64,000 bases of DNA from Callorhinchus milii. Taxonomy: Eukaryota. Both the position numbers and the translations under genes were made by a program. The stretch is from contig NW_024704742.1 in assembly GCF_018977255.1 (NCBI RefSeq), forward strand, positions 34,164,001-34,228,000. Reading direction: 5' to 3'. Below the pieces are notes generated by a model, which was not told the DNA's origin, did not search any database, and worked only from the letters and a program-made list of their open reading frames with translations. Positions 63,160 through 64,000 of this stretch are shown here, one piece after another (positions within the stretch are counted from its first letter, which is position 1; each line of letters starts with the position of its first letter).

Positions 63160-63540
63160 TAGTTGGTAGCTCTCCACATTAGGGTTTGGAGTACCTCTGA
63201 GTGAGACAGTTGTGCCTTTAAGCCCCACGTTGGTACTTTGAACTCACATATCAAAGCTGACACTCCAGTGCAGTGCTGGGGGGTGCTGGGTTGTTGGAAG
63301 TGTTGTGTCAGTTGAATGGTGAAACCAAGATCCTATCTGCCTTTTAAGAGAAAATTGAGGATTCCATAGCATTCTTCAAAAAGAGAAAGGTTAACAATTT
63401 CGTAGATAAAACAAATGTGGCCATTTACTTCACGGCTGTTTTTGACAAACTGGCAATGGTATTCACCTATAAAACACACACTAAATCCTGTGAAGTGCTT
63501 TGAAATGCACTTTATCAAAGGCAACATTTATAATTATTAT
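63160..63540 (+). mobile_element. DeuSINE family B, degraded
   Basis: AGTTGGTAGC..AAGCCCCAC..AAGCTGACACTCCAGTGCAGTGCTG..GTGAAGTGCTTTGA. Confidence 0.7.
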
Positions 63541-63607
63541 TACAAACAAAACTCTATATATGTCTTCAAAAACAAAGCAAGTAGGTTTTAGGAACTAAAA
63601 TAGAACT

Positions 63608-64000
63608 AAACACAATACAAATTTACATTTATGTAGTGCCTTTCATGTTGCAAGGACATCTCAAGGGGCGCTGGACAATACATGTTTGCATCCGAGCTGG
63701 GGGTGGGGGTCAAGAGGGTTGGGGGTGAGGATATGAGATCAGGAAAGATGGCGGTCAAAGTGGAAGGTCTTGAGGCAGACATTAAAGAAGGAGAGGGAAG
63801 GGATGAGTTGAATGGACTCTGAGATGGAGTTTCAGAGAGTGGGGGCAGATGTACTGAAAGATCAACCTCCAATGGTGGGGAAGATGGGGCGGGAAACATG
63901 AAACACGCTGAGTGAAGCAAGCCAGCTGAGTGGAAGGAGCAACCAGGTTAGTAGAGTTTGAGGAGGTCTCAATGATGAAGACCATGGAGAAATTTCAAGA
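63608..64000 (-). mobile_element. L2 LINE 3' end (continues past the window edge)
   Basis: ATTTACATTTATGTAGTGCCTTTCA..CCGAGCTGGG..GAAGGTCTTGAG..GGAGTTTCAGAG..CCAATGGTGGG. Confidence 0.85.

Overview
AT-rich, repeat-dense vertebrate genomic DNA with no confidently identifiable host protein-coding gene, rRNA, true tRNA or CRISPR array. It reads as a large intron or gene desert. The repeat inventory suggests a cartilaginous fish, probably a chimaera such as Callorhinchus milii (inference). That inventory is abundant tRNA-derived SINEs with a Deu-like domain and L2-type tail, many 5'-truncated L2 LINE ends, and shark-type CR1 ends. The recognisable ORFs in the track are retroelement fragments and the rest look like noise. 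Structures found by reading the sequence: (i) a 750-bp internally deleted mariner transposon missed by the ORF track (33199-33948); (ii) a 750-bp CpG-rich solo-LTR-like element containing a 39-bp tandem array and an inverted-repeat-flanked pair of 47-bp repeats with a co-varying hairpin (26232-26981); (iii) two families of short palindromic MITE-like elements; (iv) several short local duplications about 1 kb apart, one fused to a MITE end; (v) unique, motif-dense segments resembling conserved non-coding enhancers, a TATA-promoter candidate and two orphan minus-strand exon candidates. No new biological system can be demonstrated from the sequence alone. Repeat boundaries are by-eye estimates.
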